Of a DNA stretch of 64,000 nt, positions 43,264 to 57,140 are shown piece after piece (the first letter of the stretch is position 1; each line of letters begins with the position of its first letter). Below the pieces are notes generated by a model. That model was not told the DNA's origin, did no database searches, and saw only the letters and a list, made by a program, of their open reading frames with translations. The position numbers and the translations under genes are program-made. This DNA comes from Chlorokybus atmophyticus (Eukaryota; Plantae; Mesostigma and Chlorokybus algae), in the NCBI GenBank assembly GCA_009103225.1, contig RHPI01003261.1, positions 186,001-250,000 on the forward strand. The letters are read 5' to 3'.

Positions 43264-46200
43264 GGGTAAGGTGCCCTAACTTCGGACACTTTACACTAGT
43301 AAGGTCACCGTTAGCTGAGCACTTCACCGTTTTGGTCGATTGATGGCTTGGTTGAAAGCTAGTGTGATGACCTATCTCTCAAGCTTGTCCTTGTATTTTT
43401 AGCCTATCAGATGCGTCCGTGAGCCTCCGGCAAAGACCAGTCAACAATGCAGGCGATCTAAAGTGAAGTGAGCCTAACTTCGGACAGTCTAGTATTGCCT
43501 GTATGTTGTAAGACCCAAGGTGGTTGTGGCGGCGGTCAGCGCCTGTTCGTGGCGAGGGTGTTGTTGTTGTCCTTAGGTGGGGTTGTAAGGTCAGTGGCGC
43601 ATTGGCGGCGCCTTCTACGCACACATGAGACGGAGGTAAGGCTTGTGCAGTGTGCATGTGCGGTGTGCACAGAGTTGTGTGAGCAGAACTGTGCATGCGT
43701 GTGCATGCGCATGCAGCATGCATAGAGCCGGTGAGCATGGCGTGCAAGGGCAGAGGCTTGTCAAGCATGTTTGTATACACAAGGTAGATGTTGCGCGCTA
43801 TCTACAAAGGGCTAGCTGCATGCACATGCTAGTTCTAGTACAGGATCTTTGCTAGGCGCAGGCCTCCTCTTTTCTGAGCATACGCACGGTGTTTTGCCAG
43901 TGTTGCCTTGGACAGCGCTGGTCTTGCTTGGACGGCACACGTGAGGTTGTCTTCCTCCAGCTCAGCCCATGGCCCGGCAGTTGCTGGGGTGTCGTCCTCG
44001 GTGTCACTGCTAACCACCTCCTTGTTGCGCAGGGTTGCTGCGAGCTTCTTAGCCTCTTTCGCCTCCTTCGCCTCCGCCTTCTTGCGCTGCTTCTCTGCTG
44101 CTGCAGCTGCCTTGGCTTCAGCTTTCTGCCTCGGTCTCTCCGCCTTCTCCTGTGCACGGACTTCCTTCTCTTGGGCCTTTGCAGCCTGTTCACCTGCTGC
44201 CTCTTCCCTCTTCCTCCTGAGATCTGCCTTCCTAGCAATCCTGCGTGCCTCAAGGCGCTCCTTCTCAGCAGTGCGTTCGCGCAGATGTCGGATGATTTCG
44301 GGGCTGGTGAGGATGGTGGCGGCACGCATGTATGAGGGTGCTTTGGCCTGAGCTCTGAGCTGTCCAGGCAATACTTCCTCCATGCCCAACTCCTCCTCCT
44401 CTTGAACATCAGGTACTTGCGAGTTGTTGTTATCGATGTCTTGAGTTTGCTCTTCTTCGTCTCCCTCACGGCCAAACTCTGCTGTGAACAGGGCCTCCAG
44501 AAGTGCTGGGCTGATGGTGCTTGGCTCTGGCTGGACTTCCATGTCCTCAGGATCATGCAGACGGTCGTCCAAGGCATGCATGTTCAACGGCCAGAGCCCT
44601 GCAAGGTGAGACAAGCATGAGAGCTAGTAGACACTGCAAGGAATCCAAGGCTGCGACTGTGCATGCTTGTGCATAACCTTGCATCAGCTGGCAGCAAGAA
44701 TGAGACTGTGCATGCATCACTGTGCACTCATGCTAATTGTGACTGACCAAGACATTGCATCACAGGGTTACCTGTCTTGCGGAAGCCAGCTATGATGTTG
44801 GCAGGACTCATGGCCGTCAGGAAAGGGTTGGCAGTCAATTGGATGAAGATCTTTTTACACATCTTCAAGTTGGGGTTGGAGGCCATGACACGAACATACT
44901 GGTGCTTGTACGCCTGCTTGAAGCTGCGAAAGCAGCTGACGTCAAGTACCTGCAAGGTGACCATGTGTTTATGAGCTGTGCAATGTGTTGGCAACTTATG
45001 AAAGTGCATGATCCCTACAGCAGTTGTACATCAGGCTTCCATACCTGCATGAGATGGGTGAGATGCGGTGGAAAGGTCAAGATGTGCACTCCGTTCTCAG
45101 CAGCTTGTTCGAGCATGTCAGAGTTGAATCTGGAAGAGTGTCCGTCCACAAGTAGAAGGCATGGGTTTTCAGAAGAAGCACCGCCAGGTATGTTGTCCAT
45201 AAACAGCTGAACCATTGCTGGAATATTTCGGTTGTCATGTATGCATTCTCCTGTGTGTCACACAAGTGCATGTCAGTGCATTGTCACATGTACATGCATA
45301 TGCACATGCACATAGTAGGTACCTGCATAGCAAGGCCACTGCCGGGGGGGGCATCTTCAAATCAATCCATGGTCACACGCTTGCCTTTGCAGATGTACAG
45401 GGGGGGCATGTGAGCACCAGCGGCGTTCACACAAGCCATGATGCTCATATGTTCTCTGTTGCCGTAGAGTCTATGGTATGGATTGCAGAAACCACGGGGA
45501 GCCACCACCTTCACAGTCCCCAAGTTATCTGCTTCCAGCCCTGTCTCATCCGCATTCCAGATGCGTGAGGGGGTGAGTTTCAGGTCCTCTACCAGCCGCT
45601 CATATAGATGGAAGAAAGAGTGCACAGCTCCTGGGGTCGCCCATTGCCAACGGCGGCGGTCTAGACCCTTTGCTACTCTCATGCTGAGGTTGTGACATAA
45701 CAGGAATAGGCGACACCATTTCTTGCCAGGGATTTTGGTCTCGCCAAACCTCCTCAGCCTCTCCTCCGCTCCCTCCAGAAGTGTTATCACCTTTCAACAC
45801 ATTCAGTGTCAATTACTGCACTGTCTTGCATTTTCTATTTTAGACTTACCTTGTGTTGCAGTGCAGCTACGGTGACAGAAGTGGCGTGCCTGCACATGTC
45901 CGTCACCCACATAACCAGTTGCTCTTCTTCACTTGCAGCGAGGATGGGAATGCGACCAGGCTGGCGTGGCTCATTGAACTTGGCAGGGTTTCTGAAGTAA
46001 TCACTGAGAGTGGACTTATGAACTCCAACGTCGTCAGCTGCCTCACGCAATCCTCTCTCGCCAATTCTGATCAGCTCACAGGCGGCCATCATCTTGTCAA
46101 AAAGAGTTGAGTTGCGGGAGTACATGGCATACTTGAGGCCCTTAGCCTGCACTAGAGAGCGTAGGTCTTGAGCCTTGAGGTTGCGTGTAGCCTTGCCCTT

Positions 46201-47077
46201 TGCTGGTGCAGTTGGCGTGGGAGGTTGCCGACGCTTGCGCCTGGCTTGAGGGGTGCGGTCCTTTGGGGCCTATACATACACCCGGGTGATGAGAGAAGCT
46301 ATGGCAGCACTCATGGGTGACACAATCTCTCTGACTGGTCCAGCCAGCCAGCAATACCATAGCATAGCATAGCATGGACAGCCTGGCTTGCATGCAATGC
46401 AATTCACATGTACTTGAGTTGCAACTTACCCCGGAGTTGTTGGTGACATTGCTATCTTGACTGCCGCTCTCAAGACTGCATGCTGCTCGTGTCCGCACCA
46501 TGTTTGCAACACCACCACCACCACAGCTCCCTAACACACACACACTTGAATGTGGCTTGAAGCACCACACTAGGCCTTATATATGATAGCCCTTGCATGT
46601 TAACTACGTTTACAATGTAACACACCGCCATCAGTTAGCTCCTCTCGTTGCTATCACCATTTCAATATTTCACCTAACGCGTCAGCTTTTTGCACATGCT
46701 ACCTTTATGGCCCATAACTTGGCGGCTGATCGGTCATTTGGGCTGCGCATAGGTTCAAGTTCAAAGGTAATTGGATGATCTACCATATGCAAAAAAACCC
46801 CACCGCCAAATCCCACCTCAGTCCTTATTGGCGATAGTTCAAAGTTAACAATGACCATGCAAACCAGCGCTAAAATTTCAAACTATTTGTATTTTGGCGG
46901 GTCAAAACAGCTCGGATTGGCGCCTAGAGCCAGTAGCAGGCTCATTGTGACCAATCACAGCACCTCACCAAATTTCAAGCCAATTGGCCGCCAAATGCAG
47001 ATTCTACAGTATATTTTGCACGCCAACAAGGCAACTGTCCGAAGTTAGGGTCTGTCCAAAGTTAGGGCACCTTACCC
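43264..47077 (-). mobile_element. Complete pogo-superfamily (Fot1-like, DD35D) DNA transposon
   Basis: 25-bp TIRs GGGTAAGGTGCCCTAACTTCGGACA (43264-43288) and TGTCCAAAGTTAGGGCACCTTACCC (47053-47077; 1 mismatch); TA TSD on both sides; extra subterminal CCTAACTTCGGACA copies near 43473 and 47036. Confidence 0.93.
43835..46501 (-). pseudogene. Six-exon pogo transposase (HTH, CENP-B-like HTH, DDE_1, coiled-coil tail), inactivated
   Basis: Exons ~46430-46501, 45850-46269, ~45320-45790, 45045-~45250, 44772-44949 and 43835-44598. WNADETG, LLVDGHSSR, PPHLTHLMQ|VLDVSCF (35 residues between the last two Asp), FRKT|GLWPLN. In-frame TGA at 45362-45364 and a 1-nt frameshift near 45212. Confidence 0.9.
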
Positions 47078-47254
47078 TAGAACTTTTTGGCTAATTTGCG
47101 CCGAAAGGCCTCTACACTCTGTCTAGGCCTGATTTGCGTCGCCATTGGTGGCTGCGTCTTCGGGGACGGGACTTGAGGCTCCGGACTTCCGTCCGGTTGG
47201 TCGCGTGTGGGCGTGGTGTCGCGCTCCGGCTGTTGCGCATTGCGCGCTGCAGAC

Positions 47255-47620
47255 GAGTGCATCTGGGCGTGTAGTGCATAATCTTCAGCTTTCAGGGTAA
47301 ATACATGTGCATTGCATTTCTTAATAAGTGCATCTCATGAGGTGCCTAACCTCTGATGTGTCCATGCACTTGACAAGGTGGATTACAGTTGAATTATACT
47401 GCATTGAGATTGTAACCCTAACCAAGTACCTTACAAGTAGGGTTACTCATTGTATGCATATCTTATGCACTTACACCTGCATACAAGCATACATGCATTT
47501 ATGCACTCAAAGCGGGTGCATAACTCATGCACAACAAACGGGCATGAACTTGATAAGTGCATACATATGCCCGTTCCGGATGGTATGCATGTATCATGCT
47601 TAGCCTGCGCCGCACTCAAT
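47255..47620 (+). repeat. Right copy of the diverged ~400-bp direct repeat
   Basis: Matches 42200-42595 at about 65-75% identity by eye. Confidence 0.75.
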
Positions 47621-47634
47621 GATGCTAACACGGA

Positions 47635-47636
<2 letters not shown>

Positions 47637-47727
<91 letters not shown>

Positions 47728-47878
47728 NNNNNNNNNNNNNNNNNNNNNNNNNNNNNNNNNNNNNNNNNNNNNNNNNNNNNNNNNNNNNNNNNNNNNNNNN
47801 NNNNNNNNNNNNNNNNNNNNNNNNNNNNNNNNNNNNNNNNNNNNNNNNNNNNNNNNNNNNNNNNNNNNNNNNNNNNNN

Positions 47879-47964
<86 letters not shown>
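47637..47964. repeat. (CT)n microsatellite spanning an assembly gap (Ns at 47728-47878)
   Basis: Pure CT runs on both sides of 151 Ns; true length unknown. Confidence 0.98.
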
Positions 47965-47968
<4 letters not shown>

Positions 47969-48335
47969 ATAAGCACAGTTGCATGCTTGCATATGCACAA
48001 TCTCCTGCGCCTCTTTTGTACACCATGCACATCATCCATAAAAAAAGCTCATCGCCATCAGCACTATCATGTAGCTATGGCTACTCCATGAGTAGGCTGT
48101 TTAAAGATAGCAGCATCAGCCAAGGCTACATCTTGCATTCCAACTTGCAGTGCAATGGTGTACTGAAGGTGGGAATTCAAGATCGCCTGTCGTACCTTTC
48201 TATGTATGGCAATCATTGCAAACCCGTTGCAAACAGTTATATCAAGCACATCGTGCACAGGATACCTGTGCAGGAGCACAAGGGGGGCCGCACAACAACT
48301 GTCATGTAAGGGCGTACCAAGCAATCAGACAGTAA

Positions 48336-51464
<3,129 letters not shown>

Positions 51465-52262
51465 CCTGGCCACAACCTGCCGCACCTTAACCAGAAGACA
51501 TTCAGTGTCTTACTTGAAGTGGTGCTTCAGTAAGGCACTAAATCTTAGTCTACTATATATCTGTTAAGTTGTCTGTTATCCTTGCGGCATTCAGCCCGCA
51601 GTCACTGCCTTAATGGCTGGGCAATCAAGGGGCACAACGCCTGCGGTCAGTGTCTTATTGCTGCAACCCCGTAACAAGCTGACATCTGGCGTTTTGGTGG
51701 CATGCAAGCTGGCGGCGGCGGCGGCGGCGGCGGCAGAGGCATTGACGTGGGATTGACGGCTTGAACGACGGGGTGTCTGGGGTTGGCGCCAAGAGATAGC
51801 AGGAAACAAGCTTGTTTTGCATCTCTGCTTTTTGCGTTGGAAAGGTCGCTGCTGCTGCTTCCTACGTTGGGCAAGGCAGGAAGGTAGGGCTTGCATGAGC
51901 ACCAGGCTTGGTGCTGTGTTGACTTGAATGCATGTTTGCTTAGTGACTTGCGTTAGACTCCGTCTTCAGGGCTTTGGCTGGAACTGTCTGTGCGTGCGTG
52001 TGTGCGTGTGTGCGTCTGTGTTTCTTGCATGCGTACAAATCTGGTGGATCCCTGTCGATGTCAACAACATGGACATGTGCATTAGACAGCGGAGTAAGTA
52101 GACCACATATTACTAATCACGGAATGCTTATTGTTCGTATTGTTCGTTGCCAATCAGGTCGCTTGAGACATTTGCTGGTTTGTTGGCTGTGCAGCGAGAT
52201 AGCATGGCGTAGCCGTGAAGTGTTAGCGTGTGTGGGCTTGTAAGAGAAGGGAGGACAGAAAG

Positions 52263-53733
52263 ATGCTGAGTTGCTTCGTGCCGGTCGAGGAGGAAGACGA
52301 GCTCGCCACCCGTGCCGACGTTGCGACAGTGGCGGAAGTGCGCCAGCAGTTACGCTCTGGTACGAAATCCTGATGCTCTTTGTTTGCGACATGCCTCCAC
52401 TGTTGCGTGTCGTGCAGAATATTTACAGCTCTAATCTTCAGCTGCAATGCACCATGTATAAGCACTGCAGTTCGGCATGTGAGCTGCAGTGCTTAGCTTT
52501 GTTGAATCCTTGTTCTGTAATAGTGATGTCGTTATCCTTGTGCTGTCAAGAACCAAACTGGTATGCTCGCAACATTGCGCACTGTTCTACAACAGTGGGT
52601 AGCTGTGGAGAGTGCTTTGTCACGGTAAGCGCATTCGTGCAGGTAGCGATGAATACACCATTAGATTGAAGAGTGGTTGGTTCCGCCACAAGACAGGCGC
52701 GCTGTACAACAGCGACAATGTTCCAATTATGACCTTCCAGTGGGCGTCACCAAGCTACCTTGAGGTATGCATAATTGTTTCACGCATTTTGCTCAATTGC
52801 AATCCGCAACTACTGATGAAAATGTGGAATACGGTGTGGCGTGCATGCCTTCCAGATGGTCGTTATGCATGCCCTCACTGTAGTTGCCAACGCTGAACCA
52901 CCCTGCAATGTATGATGAGTATTAGGACGGGCTTGTTGCGCAACACTTGTCGGAGTGGCCATAAGCCAGCTGCACGGTGCGCTTTTCAGGTGCGACATGT
53001 TGGGAGTGACGCCCTGCTTGGTGTGGTCAAGCACAAGAAGCTGCATGTTGATGGCAGCCAGCTGGCATCATGCGACATCATGCACGACTATGCGGGTGCT
53101 TCCGTTGCAGTTCTGACTTGGGAGGCGACCACTGCTTTGAAACCTCAGATCAAGGTAAGCTAACTTAACAGCAGCAGTCCGCATGCCTTCCACAAACGTC
53201 CATTGGTTGCTAAACTGGGATATGTGCATATACACACATACTTACATCATAATGTACATGTGCATGTATGCGTTTATGTATGTGTTGGGGGGATCACCAG
53301 CTGTGGCAAGCATGTTGAACTGAGCATCCAGCCGTGCTGCTTCTTCTAGACAGTATCTTTTGTCAAAGCGTGTTGCATGCACACCGTGTGCATTATTACA
53401 GCATTGGACCACAGTGTTCAGCCACGACTAGAGCTCAGAATATTGTCGCTGTAGGGACACGCAGACTATGCCAAGCTGCACACGCTGTATGCGCGCGGGA
53501 AGGCCGCCAACACGCCGGACTCAATAACGCTTCTACGTCAGGACATTGGCGGCGGGGCCGTGACAACGGTGTGCACGGCGAGCAGGAAGCGTGGTTCCAA
53601 CACCATCATGCTAACGCTGGGCCTGGACTTCAGCGTGGACCCGTTCTCCCTCGTCATCCTCGTGCCATACCTCTTTCGCCAGCTCGGACCCAATGCCTTC
53701 TCCAACAGCTTCATACCACTGCTCGTCGTGTGA
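52263..53733 (+). CDS. Probable LURP-one-related / tubby C-terminal-like (scramblase-fold) protein, at least 4 exons
   Basis: Hand-spliced in frame: MLSCFVPVEEEDE..LRS|GSDEYTIRLKSGWFRHKTGALYNSDNVPI..LE|VRHVGSDALLGVVKHKK..IK|GHADY..IMLTLGLDFSVDPFSLVILVPYLF..*. Beta-strand pattern plus a C-terminal VDP-hydrophobic helix. The gene model is clear; the family call is an inference. Confidence 0.6.
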
Positions 53734-54397
53734 GTGCATCCATCCCCTGTGATATACAACTCTTCCCTCTCAACCCCAAGTTTTGTTTGATTGTGCTAGA
53801 TCAAGTGTGCATAATGTATTTACAGATACTGTTGTTATAGGATGTAGTTACGCTGGATGCTGACATGATGTAGGTACCAACACCAACCTAACTCAATAAG
53901 CTCTCCGTATGGAAGTCGTGGTCAAGTTGCACGTCCACAATGACATGATAATTGACATATACTAGCAACAGATGCGCATATACTGCTATTATCACTATAT
54001 ATGGGTTGCCAACAGCGATGGTAATTGGTGCAACCATCCGCCGGACACTCGGGCATTACCATTGTTGTGGGCATGTGATGATGGTTGGTACTCGGTATAT
54101 GGGTAGAAACATACCACACATGTGTATAGTTGTAAACCATTGTCAAACCGTTGTGCTGACTAAGTTACGCAGGCCATGCAACTATGTAGGTAGTAATGCA
54201 CAGTGTAGTAGGATAGCCCGGTGGTGGAATATATGGGAGAGTGAGTGCGGACTGCGTGTTGTTCCGATGCATGCGTGTGATGAATGACACTTTGCATGAG
54301 CAATGATGTAGCGCATTGTGTGTACATGCATAGGCTTTCCAAACAGCAAAGGTGCACGCCATGCTAGCATGCGTAGCTGCCTACCCAGTGCACAGGG

Positions 54398-54400
<3 letters not shown>

Positions 54401-54450
<50 letters not shown>
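54401..54450. repeat. (AG)25 microsatellite
   Basis: Read directly from the sequence. Confidence 0.98.
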
Positions 54451-54455
<5 letters not shown>

Positions 54456-55376
54456 AGGGGCGCATTCGCACGCTGCATGCTGGTACACAACACGTCGGCT
54501 GCTCTGCGCCGTTGCTACTGGCCTGATGCTGCTACTTGTGCTTGGGACAGGTAATGGATGATGCTGACGAACATGCATGCATGTGTGGTGCACGGGGTTT
54601 TTTGGGCCGTAAGAGTATTACGCTAGGTAGTGTACTACTTGGTGTGACTACTTAGCCCGGAGGTGTATATACTAGTTGGTGTCTGCGTCTCACTTGTGCT
54701 ATGCATGTGACTTGCGATGTTGGGTGTGATACACCTTGTGCATGCCGCTAGTTGTGCCTTAGATCTTTATACACACAAGCACACAACCAACAGCAGCACA
54801 GGAAACAAGGGCACTTTAAGTACTTGGGCCAGGGCCTATCTAAACTGTGTGCACTACCTAAGTGCGTATGGTGTGGGCGGGATCAGCAGCAGCAGCAGGG
54901 CAGGGGATGGGCAATGACGTGCAAGCAAACAGACCTGAGTGCACAGGGCCTGCATGCATATCAAGTCAGTGTGCAACTGTATACCCAGTGGGCTGCGCTG
55001 CGTGTGTGTGGCACTCCTCTTCATGCATGCCTATACACACTGTTGCGCATTGTTTGTACGAAGAGCGCCTGCAAGACCTGCACCCCTTGGTTTGCAGCAC
55101 ACCGTAAAACCACTCGAGTGGCCTGAGAACCAACGCAGAGACGTGACCAACTCAACATCTTCACTGCCATCCAAAACGTGTGCGCGGCTTACAGCACTGG
55201 TCGCTCGCTAGCACTCGCAGTCCGAGTTGCTTCCACGGGGGACGTCGGGGCGTCGGTGGAGTGTTGAGGAAGAGGCGGCGGGAGGAGGCGGACGGTCAGG
55301 AAGAGGCGCAGGCGGAAAAGGAGGAGGCAGAGGCGCAGGAGGAGGGGCAGGTGGAGGAGTAGCAGGAGGGGCGGCG

Positions 55377-56644
55377 ATGACCAGTCGGTACTCGAGGCTG
55401 CGGACGGCTGCGGGCGATGAAGAGCGGGAGGAAGATAAGGAGCCAAAGGTGAGGGTAGACTACTTCTACAAAGGGGATGTTAACGAGCAACAGAGAGCAT
55501 TGGTGGGGCTTGTCAGCCAGACGCTGGCAGAACAGCAAAATATCACTTGAAATAGCAAGTACAATGCACAAGGGCGAGAGTACATTAGCTCTCTGTTGCA
55601 CTTGTTAGTATCCTGAGAATGTCTGGTCTGCGCATCAACGTATGTTGACTTGTCGATGTATGACTCTGTGCTCGGCTCGGCCGGCTTGGTTCTCTCGCAA
55701 GTTGCGTTGCTCAAGTTCTCCAAACTGCCTTAGTCGAAGGAGATTGTCGTCATGGCAGAGATTTGCACACGCGCCTCAACCCTCCATTCGCTTGTGGGGC
55801 AATATGATGAGCTACAGCTATTAGTAATTGCAAGCATTGTCAGGTTGTTGTCTTCTCTCCCCTAGTGCAGCCAGCTGTTGTTTGCAGACAACCACGTTCG
55901 CCCAGTCATGTTGTGTTCGCAGGGATTCATCGGGGTCAAAGTGTGCTGATATGTTGTTAATGGCAGGTAAGGGACAGGCGGTTTGAGGATCCTGGCGGAG
56001 GTTTGGAGTCGCGGGTGCCGTGGCGGTCCCTGGCGCTGGCGGCCTTCCTGCTCGTGTCTGGGGCGCTCATACTCTCCATTGCGTACCTCATACTCTCAGG
56101 ACACATGCAGGGAGAGAGCTCGCAGGTGCGTGCATTGCCTTTGTCATTGTCTGAACACGTTCTGTAACAAAGTGGAGTGCATCCAAGCAAGTGTGGTTAG
56201 CTCATGGGCACTACTTTGCTTGCGACAATGCACTGGGCCAAAGCACTCGTACCACAACCCAGCGCTGTTCGTTGATTTGCCGTCGCAATGCACGAGTGGC
56301 TCTCACATGCACTGCTACACAAACAGTTATGCACACACAAGCAGTAGGCAAGCACACGACAACATGTGCCTGTGGGTAGCACCGCAATTATTGGCTACTT
56401 TGCAGTCGCATGCTGCGCAATTTCCGTAGTACTGGAATAAAAATCGGCAATGCAACGACATAATTCAACTCAACGGAAGAGTAATGCACATTCAACCAAA
56501 CTGAAGCTTCTTTATGCTCAGGGCTATGGTTTGCTCTTTTTGGGGTCTCTTCTGTTCGTGCCTGGGTTCTATGAGTCCCGCATAGCGTACTATACATGGC
56601 GAGAGATGAGCGGGTACTCCTTTGACCAAATACCCTCGTATTGA
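55377..56644 (+). CDS. TMEM230: Transmembrane protein 230 (DUF872), 3 coding exons
   Basis: MTSRYSRL..EPK|VRDRRFEDP..VPWRSLALAAFLLVSGALILSIAYLILSG..SQ|GYGLLFLGSLLFVPGFYESRIAYYTWREMSGYSFDQIPSY*. Two TM helices and the PGFY..RIAYY..GYS..IP signature. Confidence 0.92.
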
Positions 56645-57140
56645 CACTCTGTAGACGTTCCATAATAGCCAAATAAGGTGTTACACCTGTCCTGCATCTG
56701 TGTAAGTAGCTAGCAGTAAGCAGCAAGGGTTTGCGTGCGCACACTTCCTGGTTGGTATCTATGTAGTCACACCCCCTGCCCACATTGAGCTTGTAACATT
56801 TAGGGGTATAGTGTGCAAGTTGTATATCCATTGTTGTGCATTCTACACTCAAGGTTCATAAGCTCAAGGTACAGGCAATTTTAGACGCTATTGTCTGCAC
56901 AATGTGCGATTAACCGATATCCACCCAGACTGCATAAGCATTGTGTACCTCAAGCTGCATTGCATATTCGCTGCTTGTATGCACAATTCATGCACACAGC
57001 TGATGTGTGTTGGTGTGCCGTGCCAAGCACATGCAGTTGAGTGCTTGTGCTCAAGCACGTTGCATTGCAATGGGAGCCGGGTGTGATTACAATGTATCCC
57101 TTGAACTTCAGGTGCAAGAAACGACATGATGACACCATAA

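Noticed and set aside
43852-44577. Long overlapping alternative-frame ORFs (241, 148 and 147 aa)
   Set aside because: Shadow frames of the low-complexity coiled-coil exon of the pogo transposase.
47443-48091. ER/SL-repeat ORFs
   Set aside because: Translations of the (CT)n microsatellite and the N gap.
51591-51902. 103-aa minus-strand ORF as the SerRS start
   Set aside because: No clear splice link to the SerRS exons; the transit-peptide exon from 51464 explains the N-terminus. Treated as promoter/UTR.
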